This document shows positions 40,231-51,320 of a DNA stretch of 64,000 nucleotides, piece after piece. Where the stretch lies: NCBI GenBank assembly GCA_963761305.1, contig CAVXGK010000001.1:1664001-1728000 (forward strand), read 5' to 3'. The position numbers were made by a program, and so were the translations under genes. The stretch is from an uncultured Gemmatimonadaceae bacterium. GTDB taxonomy: Bacteria > Gemmatimonadota > Gemmatimonadetes > Gemmatimonadales > Gemmatimonadaceae. Numbering within the stretch: position 1 is the first letter of the stretch; every line of letters begins with the position of its first letter. The notes under the pieces are model-generated. The model did no database searches. It was not told the origin of the DNA and worked only from the letters and a program-made list of their open reading frames with translations.

Positions 40231-42882
40231 CTATTCGGACTGCAGCGCCACCGCCGGATCGACTTTCGTCGCTCGCCTCGCCGGCACGACCGTGGCCGCC
40301 ACCGCCGCGGCGCCGAGGACCAGCCCCACGAACGCCAACGTCGCCGGATCGCGCGCGCCGACACCGTAGAGCATTCCGGCCACGAATCGGCCGAGCACCA
40401 GCGCCGCCGCGATGCCGATGGTCACTCCGGCGAGTGCCATCCAGGCGCCGTGACGCACGACGAGCAGCACCAGGCTTCGGGTCTGTGCACCAAGCGCGAC
40501 GCGAATGCCGAGCTCGCGCGTGCGCTGGGTGACCGAGTAGCTCACCACGCCGTACACGCCGACCAGCGCGAGCACGAGCGTCGCGGCGGCAAAGGCGCCG
40601 ATGAGCAGGAGCGGGAATCGACGCATGAACACCGACGCGGACTCGGTGATCAGCTGATCCATCGCCACCGGATGAATCACGCCCGCGCCGGGCGCCATTT
40701 GCTCGACGACGCGATTCAGCTCGCGCGACAGATCGCCGACGTCGCGCCGCGAGCGGATCGCCATGCTCATGTACGTCTCGGGATCTTGCGAGAACGGCAG
40801 GTATATCGTCGGCGGGATGTGCTCGTCCACGTTGCCGATCGGCACGTCGCCGACTTGGCCGACGATGCGAATCGAGTCGCCCATCACGACCGTGTGCCCG
40901 ACCGCGTTGCCGTCGGTGAAGTACGCTTCGGCGAACGCCTTGTTCACGACGGCGACGCGCGGCGCATGGGCGACGCCGTCGCCCGCGTCGAAGTCGCGCC
41001 CTCGCGACATCGGGATCTCGAGCGCCGAGAAATAGCCCGAGCTCGCCGAGCGGTAGCTCGCCGTGGGTTCCTTGCCGGGCTCGTACGGCGGTTGGCCGAC
41101 GATGTCGAAGCCGACGCTGTTCCCCCAATCGAGCGGCATTTTCGTGACCAGTCCGACGGCGTCGACGCCCGGCAAAGCGTGCACGCCGTCGATGATGCGA
41201 TCGAACGTGGCGATCTGCCGGGTCGGATCGGTATAGCTCGCGTCGGGCAGGAACACGCCGGCCGTCATCAGATGCTCGGATTGAAAGCCGAGTTGGATCG
41301 ACAAGAGTTTCGTGAGACTCCGGCCGAAAAGCGCCGCGCCCGACATCAACACGATCGTCAACGCGACCTCGCCGATGACCAGCGCATCGCGCAGCGATCC
41401 CGCTCGGCTGCTGCCGCGCGAGCCTTGCTTCAGCACCTCGGCCATCTGTGGGCGAGCTTCTCGCAGCGCGGGCACGAGACCGAACAGCACACCGGCGGCG
41501 ACGGAGATGAGACAACTATAAAGCACGACCGGCGTGTTGACGCCCACCGCCGCCAGCGCCGGCGGGCGCTGTCCCGTCGGGATGATGCCGACCAGCGCAT
41601 GAATCCCGTAGCGCGCCACGACGAGCCCCGCCGCACCGCCGACGACGGCGAGCATGAGGCTCTCCGTCATCAGTTGTCGGACGAGCCGGCCGCGTCCCGC
41701 GCCGAGCGCGATGCGCACCGCGACTTCGCGCCGGCGGTCGGCGCCGCGCATAAGCAGGAGGTTCGCCACGTTCGCGCACGCGACGAGCAGCATCACGGCC
41801 ACCGCACCATATAGAAGGAGCACCAGCGGCCGCACCGAGCCGATGAGCTGATCGCGCAGCGGGATCACCTGCCCGTCGCGGCCGTTGTTCGTCGGCGGGT
41901 ATTCGCGGGCGAGTTGCGCCATGATTGACGACATGTCCGCCGACGCCGTGTGCAGCGTGGCGCCGTCCTTCAAGCGCGCGACGGTGTTGAGCCAGTGGTT
42001 GCCGCGCTGCTGGCGCGATCGGTCGAGGCGGTCGATCGGCGCCCAGATCGAGGCGTCGCCCAGTCGGGCAAACTGAAACTCTTTTGGGAGAACACCGATC
42101 ACCGTCGCCGTCGTGCCGTCGAGCGTGATCGTCCGCCCGATCACCGAACGGTCGCCGGCAAAGCTCCGCTCCCAGAATCCGTAGCCGAGCAAGACTCGAC
42201 GCGGCGCGCCGACGGCGTCTTCGCCGGGCACGAACGTGCGGCCGATCGCCGCGTGCACGCCGAGCACGTCGAAGAAGTTCGCGGTCGTTTTCGCGGCGCG
42301 AACGATCTGCGGATGCTCGGTGCCGAACACGAATCCCGCCCCGTGGTAGCCGGCGAGGTCCGTGAACGAATGATTGCGCGCGCGCCAGTCGAGGTAGTCG
42401 GGGTACGACGCCTCAGATCGGTTGTCGACCTTGGACTGGAACGTCTCCCAGAGATGGACGAGTCGATCGGGCTGGGCGAACGGCAGCGGCTTGAGCAGCA
42501 CCGCGTCGACGACGCTGAAGATCGCCGCGTTGGCGCCGATGCCGAGCGCGAGCGTGAGCAACACGGTGATGGCGAAGCCCGGACGTTTGCGCAGCGAGCG
42601 CGCCGCGAACTTGATGTCCTGTCCGACCGACGCGAGCCATTCCGACGCCGCCCAATTCCTCACCCGTCGCCGGTCCATCGACGCGAGCTCGGCCCGCGCC
42701 GCCTTCACATCCCCGAACTCGCGCAGCGCCATCTCCCGCGCGTCCTCGGCCGACATCCCGCGTGAGACGAGGTCATCGACGCGCTTGTCGAGATGAAACC
42801 GCATCTCGTCGTCGACGTCGCGCTGGACCGTGCGGCGAGTGGAATCGTGATGGAAGAGTTTGCGCGGACTGTTGTCAGTCAT
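40231..42882 (-). CDS. ADOP-type duplicated ABC permease (MacB/FtsX domains)
   Basis: [56 protein letters not shown]. Confidence 0.95.
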   Translation of the reverse strand: MTDNSPRKLFHHDSTRRTVQRDVDDEMRFHLDKRVDDLVSRGMSAEDAREMALREFGDVKAARAELASMDRRRVRNWAASEWLASVGQDIKFAARSLRKRPGFAITVLLTLALGIGANAAIFSVVDAVLLKPLPFAQPDRLVHLWETFQSKVDNRSEASYPDYLDWRARNHSFTDLAGYHGAGFVFGTEHPQIVRAAKTTANFFDVLGVHAAIGRTFVPGEDAVGAPRRVLLGYGFWERSFAGDRSVIGRTITLDGTTATVIGVLPKEFQFARLGDASIWAPIDRLDRSRQQRGNHWLNTVARLKDGATLHTASADMSSIMAQLAREYPPTNNGRDGQVIPLRDQLIGSVRPLVLLLYGAVAVMLLVACANVANLLLMRGADRRREVAVRIALGAGRGRLVRQLMTESLMLAVVGGAAGLVVARYGIHALVGIIPTGQRPPALAAVGVNTPVVLYSCLISVAAGVLFGLVPALREARPQMAEVLKQGSRGSSRAGSLRDALVIGEVALTIVLMSGAALFGRSLTKLLSIQLGFQSEHLMTAGVFLPDASYTDPTRQIATFDRIIDGVHALPGVDAVGLVTKMPLDWGNSVGFDIVGQPPYEPGKEPTASYRSASSGYFSALEIPMSRGRDFDAGDGVAHAPRVAVVNKAFAEAYFTDGNAVGHTVVMGDSIRIVGQVGDVPIGNVDEHIPPTIYLPFSQDPETYMSMAIRSRRDVGDLSRELNRVVEQMAPGAGVIHPVAMDQLITESASVFMRRFPLLLIGAFAAATLVLALVGVYGVVSYSVTQRTRELGIRVALGAQTRSLVLLVVRHGAWMALAGVTIGIAAALVLGRFVAGMLYGVGARDPATLAFVGLVLGAAAVAATVVPARRATKVDPAVALQSE

Positions 42883-42924
42883 GATCGATTCCGTTTTTGT
42901 AGTTCCCGTCCACCCGTCCACCCG

Positions 42925-43251
42925 TCATGCTGTGCTCAGGATCTTGAACACGGCGTTCGCGTACGTCGTCCAATCCGCCGACTTCTCTCTGAGGCGTGCC
43001 TTTCCGGCCACGGTGAGTTGGTAGTACTTCGCCTTTCGGTTGTTCTCCGAGAGCCCCCATTTCGACTCCACCAGCCGCCGTTCCTCCAGCCGGTGCAGCG
43101 CGACGTACAGGGCCCGATCTTCCACGTTGATCGTCCCGTCGCTGGTCTCCCTGATCCACTGGGCCACCGCGTAGCCATGCCTGGGGCCCCAGGTCAGGGT
43201 CTTGAGAACCAGGGTGTCGAGGGTACCCTGGAGGAGTTCGAGGTCTGGCAC
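42925..43251 (-). CDS. PadR-family transcriptional regulator
   Basis: LLQGTLD.LVLKTL.WGPRHGY, LYVALHRLE, SENNRKAKYYQLT. Confidence 0.95.
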   Translation of the reverse strand: MPDLELLQGTLDTLVLKTLTWGPRHGYAVAQWIRETSDGTINVEDRALYVALHRLEERRLVESKWGLSENNRKAKYYQLTVAGKARLREKSADWTTYANAVFKILSTA

Positions 43252-43259
43252 GGAGTGAT

Positions 43260-43280
43260 TCCCCGGAAAGGATCCGGGGA
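43260..43280. promoter_or_regulatory. Palindrome TCCCCGGA-AAGGA-TCCGGGGA, putative PadR operator
   Basis: Perfect 8-bp arms, 9 bp upstream of the PadR start. Confidence 0.55.
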
Positions 43281-43442
43281 GTTAGACGCCAGGATGGTGG
43301 AAAAGGTTGACTGCTCGGTCCACCCGTCCACCCGTCCGCCGGTCCACCCGTCCACCCGCGTATCGAACGCTTTCCCTACACTTTGCATCTAAGCAACCAA
43401 CACGTGACCAAATCGGCCGTTGCCTTCCAGACCGATAACCGG

Positions 43443-43988
43443 GTGAGCGAACCCGAAATGATCGCTCGGGTCCTCGCCGGGGACCGGATCGCGGCGCGCG
43501 AGCTGTATGACGCGCACTCGCCCCGGGTGTTCCGGCTCGCCTTCCGGTTGACCGGGGACGCCGATCTGGCTCGCGAGTTCACGCAGGACACGTTCGTGCG
43601 CGCCTTCAGTCAGCTGTCCCGCTTCCGCGGGGACTCGGCGTTCTCCACCTGGCTGCACCGCGTCACCGTCACTGTCGTGGCGAACGCGATGCGAAAGGTG
43701 AAGCGGTTCAGGGAACGGGAGACGACACTCGAGGACGTCCACCCGTTCGGATCCGACAGCTCGGGAGTCGACCCCGTGCTTCGCGATCGACTGCACCGTG
43801 CGATCAGCGACCTGCCGGAGATCTATCGAACGACCGTCATCATGCACGACATCGAAGGCTATACGCACACCGAGATCGCTGAAGCCCTCGGCGTTGCTGA
43901 AGGAACCTGCAAGAGCCGGCTGTCGCAGGCACGCGCACAACTTCGCGCGGCGCTGAGCGACCTGGCACCCGGAGAGTTGGAATCATGA
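43443..43988 (+). CDS. ECF RNA polymerase sigma factor
   Basis: GDRIAARELY, QDTFVRAF, FSTWLHRV, GYTHTEIA, GTCKSRL; start uncertain. Confidence 0.92.
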   Translation: MSEPEMIARVLAGDRIAARELYDAHSPRVFRLAFRLTGDADLAREFTQDTFVRAFSQLSRFRGDSAFSTWLHRVTVTVVANAMRKVKRFRERETTLEDVHPFGSDSSGVDPVLRDRLHRAISDLPEIYRTTVIMHDIEGYTHTEIAEALGVAEGTCKSRLSQARAQLRAALSDLAPGELES

Positions 43989-44650
43989 AAGAAGATCGAT
44001 TCGACGCACTCATGCGCGACGCCGCGCGAACGTATCGCAAACCGCCCGAGCCCGATCTCGACGGCATGTGGACCGAGATCGAGCGCGAGACATGGGGGGG
44101 GGTCGCGACGACGCAGCCGGCTCGCATCGCAGCGCGATGGTTCGGGGGAAGGACGCGCGCATCGGGTTGGCTCGCCGCCGCTACGCTGGTAATAGGTATT
44201 GGCTTGGGCCGCGCGTCGATCTCACTGCGACACGAGGCGGCGGTGCCGCAGGCGACGCAGTCCGTTGCGGCCATCGGCAGCATGGCGCCGGTTCGCAACG
44301 ACACCGCGTTCGACGCACCATACGGCGTCGAGACGTCGCAGTATCTGGGACAAACGGCGGCGCTCCTCATCGCGCTGCCATCGGAAGCACGATCCGGCCA
44401 TCCCGACGAACGATTCGTCGCACGAGCCTCCGAGCTGCTGACGCGTACGCGTCTGCTGCTCGACTCGCCGGCCGCGAACGACACGCAAATGCGCTCGCTA
44501 CTCGAGGATCTCGAGCTGGTGCTCGCGCAGGTCGTGCGGCTGCAAGATGGACAGGATCGCACCGAGCTGGACCTCATCAACCGCGCGCTCGAACAGCGCG
44601 ACGTCATCCCGCGGCTGCGCACGGCGGTCGCTGACATTTCTGCGAATTAG
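43985..44650 (+). CDS. Probable anti-sigma factor (single TM)
   Basis: ATGA-coupled to the sigma gene; WLAAATLVIGIGLG TM; LLEDLELVLAQ helix. Confidence 0.75.
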   Translation: MKEDRFDALMRDAARTYRKPPEPDLDGMWTEIERETWGGVATTQPARIAARWFGGRTRASGWLAAATLVIGIGLGRASISLRHEAAVPQATQSVAAIGSMAPVRNDTAFDAPYGVETSQYLGQTAALLIALPSEARSGHPDERFVARASELLTRTRLLLDSPAANDTQMRSLLEDLELVLAQVVRLQDGQDRTELDLINRALEQRDVIPRLRTAVADISAN

Positions 44651-44660
44651 GAGAGGAGCG

Positions 44661-46595
44661 ATGAAACGGATCACGCTCGCCACTGTTGCACTCATTGCCG
44701 GATCGATGGTCGCGGCGGCGCAAGAGCCGCCCACGCCACCGACACCGCCCGCCCGTCCGGTGCCCGCACCGCGTCCGGATTCTCCGGCGCCGGTCGCACC
44801 CGAGGCCAGACCGATGCCGGCCCCGCGGCCGGCGCCGGTTGTGGTGCCGATGCGGGACTTCGACTACCGCTTCGACATCGACACTCGCGAGATCGCTCGG
44901 CAGGCCGAACAAGCGGCCCGCGAGGCGTCGCGGATCGACCAGGAGCAGGTGCGTGAGATTGCGCGCGAGGCGGCCGAAGCGGCGCGCTTCGACCAGGAGC
45001 ACATTCGCGAGATGGCTCGTTTCGACGCCGATCAAGCGCGACAGGTGGATCAAGCGGCCCGAGAGGCGGCGCGCGTCGACCAGGGGCGCATCCGGAATCT
45101 CGATTTTGACTTCGCACCGATGGCGGTGATGCCGCCGATGCCCCCGATGCCGGCTATGGCCCCGATGGCGCCGATGGCGTACGTCGGAGTGGGACGCGAC
45201 TTCACGGACCGGCAAGTGCCGGCGCCGTGGGTGCAGGGCGATCCAGCCGATTCCGTCTATCGCGTCGCACGCGACGCGCTCAACGGCGGCGACTACGGCC
45301 GCGCGGCGCGGACGTTCAACGATCTCGTGGCGAAGTATCCGAAGTCTCAGCTCACGGATGCCGCGCAGTACTACGAGGCGTTGGCGCGCTACAAGATCGG
45401 CACGACCGAAGAGCTGCAACGCGCGGCGAAGATCCTCGAGCCGCTGGTGGCCAAGCTGCCGGTGCGGACGAGCACCTCGGAGAACTCGGGGCAGACGCGC
45501 GTCAGCGTCAGCGTCGGCGGGTTCGGCGCCCAGGGATGCGGCGGATTCAATTGCGGCAACGTGTCGTACTACAAGGGCGGATTCAGTGAATCCGAGGTCG
45601 CGGCGCTCTACAACCGCGTGAACGGCACTCTCGCGCAGCGCGGCGACAAAAGCGCGCAAGCAATCATCGAGAAGTCAGCCGCGCAGGCGGGCAGCGCGTC
45701 GTGCGACCGCGAAGATCTCGACGTCCGCACCGAAGCGCTCAACGCGCTGAGCCAGATGGACGCCGCGACGTCGATGCCGGCGCTCAAGCGCGTGCTCGAC
45801 CGCAAGGACGACTGCTCGGCGCAGCTCCGTCGCAGCGCCGTGTTCATGCTCGGCCGTCGCTCCGACACGGAGTCGGCGAACCTGCTGATCTCGGTCGCGA
45901 AGTCGGACCCGAACATCGACGTCCGCATCGCCGCGATCAACTACCTCAGCAGGCTCCCCGGTGACGCTGGTCTTGCCACGCTCGAGGACCTGCTCAAGAA
46001 CGACCAGGACGAACGCATCCAGCGCGCGGCGGTACGCGCGCTCAACTCGAGCGACAACGTGCACGCTCGCACGAGCATGCGCGCGCTGATCGACCGCAAA
46101 GATGCGCCGATGAATCTCCGCATCGAAGCGATCAACAGCTTCGGCTCCGACCGCACCACGACCGACGACGCGGCATATCTGCGCGGCCTGTACGCCAAGG
46201 CCGACAACGATCAGATGAAGGACGCCATTCTCAGCGCCCTGTCGCGCATCGGCGGCGCCGAAAACGACCAGTTCGTCCTCGCCATCGCCAAGAATCCGAA
46301 CGAATCGAGCCGGATTCGGTCGTCGGCGCTCTCGCGGCTTTCGCGCTCGCCCACTGTTACGACCGCGGACCTGGGAAAGATCTACGATGCCGCGGATACG
46401 TACGACGTCCGCTCGCGCATCGTCCAAATCTTCTCCAGCCGCAAGGATCCGGAGTCGGCCGACAAGCTGATTGACATCGCGAAGACCAGCACGGTGCCGC
46501 AGATCAAGAAGGAAGCGCTCAACGCGCTGATGCGTCGCAACGACCCGCGCGCCACGCAGCTCTTCATGGACATTCTCGACGGGAAAAAGCCATGA
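44661..46595 (+). CDS. Exported HEAT-repeat protein with TPR-like segment and low-complexity N-terminus
   Basis: GGAG RBS, signal peptide, Pro/Met-rich linker, repeated (V/L)R..A...L helices. Confidence 0.85.
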   Translation: MKRITLATVALIAGSMVAAAQEPPTPPTPPARPVPAPRPDSPAPVAPEARPMPAPRPAPVVVPMRDFDYRFDIDTREIARQAEQAAREASRIDQEQVREIAREAAEAARFDQEHIREMARFDADQARQVDQAAREAARVDQGRIRNLDFDFAPMAVMPPMPPMPAMAPMAPMAYVGVGRDFTDRQVPAPWVQGDPADSVYRVARDALNGGDYGRAARTFNDLVAKYPKSQLTDAAQYYEALARYKIGTTEELQRAAKILEPLVAKLPVRTSTSENSGQTRVSVSVGGFGAQGCGGFNCGNVSYYKGGFSESEVAALYNRVNGTLAQRGDKSAQAIIEKSAAQAGSASCDREDLDVRTEALNALSQMDAATSMPALKRVLDRKDDCSAQLRRSAVFMLGRRSDTESANLLISVAKSDPNIDVRIAAINYLSRLPGDAGLATLEDLLKNDQDERIQRAAVRALNSSDNVHARTSMRALIDRKDAPMNLRIEAINSFGSDRTTTDDAAYLRGLYAKADNDQMKDAILSALSRIGGAENDQFVLAIAKNPNESSRIRSSALSRLSRSPTVTTADLGKIYDAADTYDVRSRIVQIFSSRKDPESADKLIDIAKTSTVPQIKKEALNALMRRNDPRATQLFMDILDGKKP

Positions 46596-47869
46596 GCCGA
46601 CGAATCCTTACGCTTGCGGCAATCGTCGCCGCGGTTCCGAGTTTCGCGAGTGGACAGTCGCTCGCCTCGCGCGTCGACGGCGCGCCCGATGGACGCGTGC
46701 AGTTCAACTTCGCCGCTCGCGCCGGTGTCTGCGGCAACGGTCGAAGTTGGATTCAGACGGGCCCGAACAACTATTCGGGCAACTTTTACGGCGACAGTTG
46801 GCGCTCCGAGCCGTGCGTGCCGGGGCCGGTGCGTGTCGTCGTCGACCGCGCCGACAAGCAGCCGCTCTCGGTGCAGACGTACGTCGGTCCGGCGGATTCC
46901 ACGTTGCGCGGCGTGACCGATCTCGGTCACGTCCGCGCGCAGGACGCCGCCGACTATTTGCTGGGCCTCGCCAGCAAGGCCGACGGCCGCGCCGGACGCG
47001 ACGCGCTCATGCCGGCGATGCTCGCCGACAGCGCGAATACGTCGGCCGAGTTGGTGGTGATCGCCAAGAACACGGCGCTCCCGCGGGAGACGCGCCGCAG
47101 CGCGCTTTCATACATGGGACGCTCGACCGACGGGATGCAGACGATTCCCGCCGCGGTCACCGACCCGATTCTCGCCATCGCCCGCGACGAGACCGACAAC
47201 CAGTCGGTGCGACAGCAAGCGCTCGCCGTGCTCGGCCGCCTCGACCACGGTGCGGGCATCCAGCCGCTGATTCAACTCTCGCAGCAGAATCAGAGCACGT
47301 GGCTGGCGAAGGAATCGATGTCCGCGCTCGCCCGCTCCGGCGACCCGCGTGCCCGGCAGTACCTGCGGACCGCGGTGAAGCGCACGGATCTGCCGGATGA
47401 AGTGCTCACCGTCGCCCTTCGCTCGCTCGGCCAGGACTACGCGACGGCGCAGGACGCCGCGCTGCTCCGCGAAGTCTACCCGACGCTCACCAGCGACCGC
47501 GCACGCGAGGCCGTGTTCAGCGCGTTGGCCGAGATGGGTGGGTCGGAGAACACGAAGTGGCTGCTCGCGCTGGCGCAGAACGGCAACGAGCCGATTCAGA
47601 CGCGGCGTCGCGCCGTGGACGCCGCCAGCCGAGCCGGCGCGCCAATCGGCGATTTGGTGCATCTCTACGACACGACGACCGATCCGAACATGAAGGAGTC
47701 GCTGATCAGCATCTACATGCGGAGCGGCGACAAGACGGCGGTCGACAAGCTGCTCACGATCGTGAAGGGCGAAGAGAACATCACGGTGCGGCGACGTGCG
47801 ATCTCGCAACTGTCGCGGTCCGAAGACCCGCGGATCAAGGCAGCCTTGCAGGACATCGTGATGAAGTAG
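46592..47869 (+). CDS. Exported HEAT-repeat protein
   Basis: Signal peptide, CGNG...PC.PGPVRV N-domain, HEAT repeats; ATGA coupling. Confidence 0.85.
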   Translation: MSRRILTLAAIVAAVPSFASGQSLASRVDGAPDGRVQFNFAARAGVCGNGRSWIQTGPNNYSGNFYGDSWRSEPCVPGPVRVVVDRADKQPLSVQTYVGPADSTLRGVTDLGHVRAQDAADYLLGLASKADGRAGRDALMPAMLADSANTSAELVVIAKNTALPRETRRSALSYMGRSTDGMQTIPAAVTDPILAIARDETDNQSVRQQALAVLGRLDHGAGIQPLIQLSQQNQSTWLAKESMSALARSGDPRARQYLRTAVKRTDLPDEVLTVALRSLGQDYATAQDAALLREVYPTLTSDRAREAVFSALAEMGGSENTKWLLALAQNGNEPIQTRRRAVDAASRAGAPIGDLVHLYDTTTDPNMKESLISIYMRSGDKTAVDKLLTIVKGEENITVRRRAISQLSRSEDPRIKAALQDIVMK

Positions 47870-47911
47870 AGGTGGATCGGGTGGACAGGAGACGGGTGGA
47901 CAGTGCAGGGC

Positions 47912-47953
47912 GCAAAGGGCGGACTCCGCGGGGGAGAGCCGCCCTTTGTGTTT
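47912..47953 (+). terminator. Probable intrinsic terminator
   Basis: CAAAGGGCGG...CCGCCCTTTG hairpin followed by TGTTT. Confidence 0.65.
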
Positions 47954-48067
47954 CCTCCATCGGGGGGTTGCTGGGGGGCGCCGCGGCGCAGCAGACTAAG
48001 TTGAGTCGGGGACAGGCGCGTGACCGTCGTCGCGCGACAACCGCACATCCTCCCACGGGGAATCGCC

Positions 48068-48829
48068 ATGACCGATCCGTCATCCGTCGCCGCGCCGTCG
48101 TCCACTGCGCCGGCGGCGCCTCAGAAGGCGTCTTTCTGGGAAGACCTGATCGACATCTTCTTCTCGCCGGCCAACGTCTTTCGACGCAACCAGGACAAGA
48201 GCGTATGGCCGCCGCTCCTCTTCGTGTCGCTCGCGATCGGCGTGATCTTCTTCGCGACCTTCAACCAGCTCGCAGCCGATCTTCGACGCCGAGTTCACGC
48301 GCGCAATGGCGAAACAGGCGGCGACGAACCAGCAGCTCACGCCCGAGGCGATCGAAAAGATGCCAAATGCGTGCAGCGAGATGATCACGCGCTACGGCTT
48401 TCGGCGTGATCATGTTCTTCACGATGTTGATCCTTGGCGCGGTGTCGTGGCTCGTCGGGAAGATCGTCGGATCTTCGCAGACGTTCCATTCCGCGACTCA
48501 TCGTCGCGGCATGGTCCTACATGCCCCGCATGCTCGGTGCGGTAATCGGCGGCGTTCAAGGATTGCTCATGGACCCGGCGAGCCTCACCGGACCGACTGG
48601 CCATCTCGCTCAGCCCCGCACGGTTTCTTCCGCCCGGACAGCTCAATCCGGTCGCGCTCCAGTTCCTCGGGCCGTCTCGATCTCATCACGATCTGGGTGA
48701 CGATACTGCTGGCGATCGGACTCTACGTCACTGGCAAGGTGAGCAAGAGCAGAGCGGCGGTGTTCGGCATCATCATTTGGCTCATCGGCTGCGCTGCCGG
48801 CGCTTCGACAGGCGTACATGTCAATGTGA
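48068..48829 (+). pseudogene. YIP1-family membrane protein, multiply frameshifted (pseudogene or sequencing errors)
   Basis: FWEDLIDIFFSPANVF start; consecutive segments in different frames (AAWSYMPR, RLDLITIW, LPALRQAYMSM*). Confidence 0.7.
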
Positions 48830-48895
48830 GAACAGCGTCGGCTTGCGGCTGACGGCCGAGTCGTCACGGGCCGATCAGCTGTCAGCTTGACTGCA

Positions 48896-50269
48896 TCAGC
48901 TGGCCGCCGAGCGGAATCCCGATGTCGACGCCGTTCGCGAGTAAGGCGGCGTCGCGTGCGACCGCATCCCCGGCGCCCACAGCACGACCCGATCCCGCCC
49001 CAACCGCTTCGCCACGTACAGCGCCTCGTCGGCCCGCGCGCGCAGCGCGCCGGTGACGTGCGGCTCGGTGACGCACTCCGACGCGATACCGACGCTGATC
49101 GTCACCGGTTTCGCCACGCGGAACGCGTGCGAACGAATCGAATCCATCAGCCGCTCCGCGACGACGCCGGCCGTTTCGGAATCGGCGTCCGGCAGCAGCA
49201 TCACGAATTCTTCCCCACCGACGCGCCCCACGACGTCTCCCGCGCGCGACGCGTCGAGGAGGAGCATCGCGACTTCGCGCAGCACCATGTCGCCGGCGAG
49301 ATGGCCCGCCGAGTCGTTGATCGACTTGAAGTGGTCGATGTCGACGGCGAGGAGCGCGATCTCGGCTTCGTCGCGCGCGGCGCCCTCGACCATCTGCTCC
49401 AGGGCGTACTCGAATCCGTTCCGATTCAGGCAGCTCGTGAGATTGTCGGTGAACGCGATCTCGGCGAGCTCGGTGCGCATGTGGTTGTAGGCGCGGCCCA
49501 ACACCGTGATGGCATCCGGCTCGCCGTCGCGCGACTCGATGTACGTGCGGCCGAAGTCGCCGCGCTGGGCGGCAGCGAAAAGGTCGACCAGGGCGGCGAG
49601 CCGCTGGTTCGCGCTCGCCTGGAGGATCATGCCGTGAAAGGAGACGAACAGGAACACGGCCAGCATCCAGCTCTGCTCCCGCCAGTCGATGTGCGCACCG
49701 CGGCTGAACGCCGCGGCCAGCAGGCCGAGGTAGGCCGCAGATGACGCGACCACGACGATGAGCGCCGGCGAACGCAGGAAGAACATCTGCATCAGCTGGA
49801 GCGCCAGAAGACTCAGTAGCAGCGCCCGGCCGTAATAGGCGGGGCTCGTGACGAGCAGCGCGGTCGTGTAGATCGCGATGACGTCGGCCAGCGCGAGTAC
49901 GACGAGCGCGACGCGCGTGACCCGTTCGCGTTTCTCAATGAGAACCGTGAGAAGCGCGACGAAGATCAGGTACGCCGGCGCGACGACGAGGATCGGCCAG
50001 ACCGGTCCGCGCGCCAAACCGGTGATTCGCAGGAGCGCGCCGCCGGCGGCGACCGCCCCCGCGAGCCAGAATCGGCGCGTGGACTGCCAGACGACCATTT
50101 CCGCGTTGTTGAAGACGCCGGCTTTCTCGGCGTAACGCGACCGCCCCAGGACGCGCTCGAGTGACGACATCGACTCGGCGGCGAATCGACGATACGAGCG
50201 CGACGACAAGGCGGGGGAAGCGGAAGTTCGTCGCTCGATCGGGTGCTGCTGAGGGGTGTGCAACGACAT
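48896..50269 (-). CDS. Membrane diguanylate cyclase
   Basis: TM region, HAMP-like segment, DNLTSCLNR, DIDHFKSIND..GH..GD, RVGGEEF, ADEALY.AK. Confidence 0.93.
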   Translation of the reverse strand: MSLHTPQQHPIERRTSASPALSSRSYRRFAAESMSSLERVLGRSRYAEKAGVFNNAEMVVWQSTRRFWLAGAVAAGGALLRITGLARGPVWPILVVAPAYLIFVALLTVLIEKRERVTRVALVVLALADVIAIYTTALLVTSPAYYGRALLLSLLALQLMQMFFLRSPALIVVVASSAAYLGLLAAAFSRGAHIDWREQSWMLAVFLFVSFHGMILQASANQRLAALVDLFAAAQRGDFGRTYIESRDGEPDAITVLGRAYNHMRTELAEIAFTDNLTSCLNRNGFEYALEQMVEGAARDEAEIALLAVDIDHFKSINDSAGHLAGDMVLREVAMLLLDASRAGDVVGRVGGEEFVMLLPDADSETAGVVAERLMDSIRSHAFRVAKPVTISVGIASECVTEPHVTGALRARADEALYVAKRLGRDRVVLWAPGMRSHATPPYSRTASTSGFRSAAS

Positions 50270-50438
50270 CTGAGCCGCCTGAAGCTGCGGAGTGAATACC
50301 GCTCACTACAGACGATGTGGCTGTGATCGCTGGCACAGGCCAAAGTGTGACAGCACGCCAAGTCGCGCCGCAAAGACTTGCCGCGAGCGAGGAACAAATC
50401 GCGCTGTCAAGATTCTTCGCAGCGTGCCGCTCAGAGAG

Positions 50439-50948
50439 TCAAACGCCGGCCGACAGCGCGATCAGCTTGATCTGCCCCGCGTGGTACGTATCGTGGAGCG
50501 CCATGCCCACCAGTTGTCTCGCCACGGGCGTGTCGGATCGCTCCGGCACTCGCGCCAACTGCTCGGGCGACGCCGACCGGATGGCGGCGAGCAGGCGTTC
50601 CTGGTAATCGTCGAGCAAGTCGCGATCGACGAGCCACGCGGTCTCGCTCAGATCCGACGGCGACGCGGGCCACCACGGTTCTTTAATAGCACGCGGAAAC
50701 GCCGGCTCGGCTGCGTTCCTGAGGCGTTCGATCAACAGGTGCCGTCCATGCGCCAGGTGGAGCACCAGCTCCCAGATCGAGTGCCGGTGCGGCGCAACCC
50801 GGTGTGTCGCGGCCGCGGCGTCGACGTGGGCCAGCGCTTCGACGACACACGGACCGTGCCATGCCGGGCCGGCGTACGATTCGTGGATCAGATCCGCGAT
50901 GTAGTCGGGATGGGTGACGGTCGGGTCCTGCACTTTCGTGGTGCTCAC
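50439..50948 (-). CDS. DinB family protein
   Basis: AWHGP, HSIWELVLH, HDTYHAGQI. Confidence 0.88.
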   Translation of the reverse strand: MSTTKVQDPTVTHPDYIADLIHESYAGPAWHGPCVVEALAHVDAAAATHRVAPHRHSIWELVLHLAHGRHLLIERLRNAAEPAFPRAIKEPWWPASPSDLSETAWLVDRDLLDDYQERLLAAIRSASPEQLARVPERSDTPVARQLVGMALHDTYHAGQIKLIALSAGV

Positions 50949-51043
50949 CAGCGTCCTCCTCGATCTACGTGTTGCCTGTGTAGCTCTCGATCGAAACGTA
51001 GTGATCAGGTGCCAGCCCGTAACTGCTCAACCCGCCGGCCCGT

Positions 51044-51284
51044 AACTGCTCAACGCAGGGGCGCGGAGACGCAGAGGGGAACAGCGATACGACTCAAATC
51101 CTTCGCGTCGCGGGCCGGATTCCTTGGAGAACTGCCGCTCGGGAAGCTTCCTAGCGCAGCGACTCTTCACGGCGCATCGATGCATCCGGAGCGGCTGTCA
51201 CAAAAACACCCCGGCTCGTGGCGCCGACAGACCTCAAACGTCTCGGGTTCTCTCTGCGCCTCCGCGCCTCTGCGTTGAGCAGTT
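51044..51284. repeat. Nested palindromic repeat family A, copy 9
   Basis: Same arms; left end duplicated (GCCCGTAACTGCTCAAC x2), right end trailed by GCAGTT repeats. Confidence 0.93.
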
Positions 51285-51320
51285 GCTGCTGCAGTTGCAG
51301 TTGCAGTGCAGCCGCCCGGA

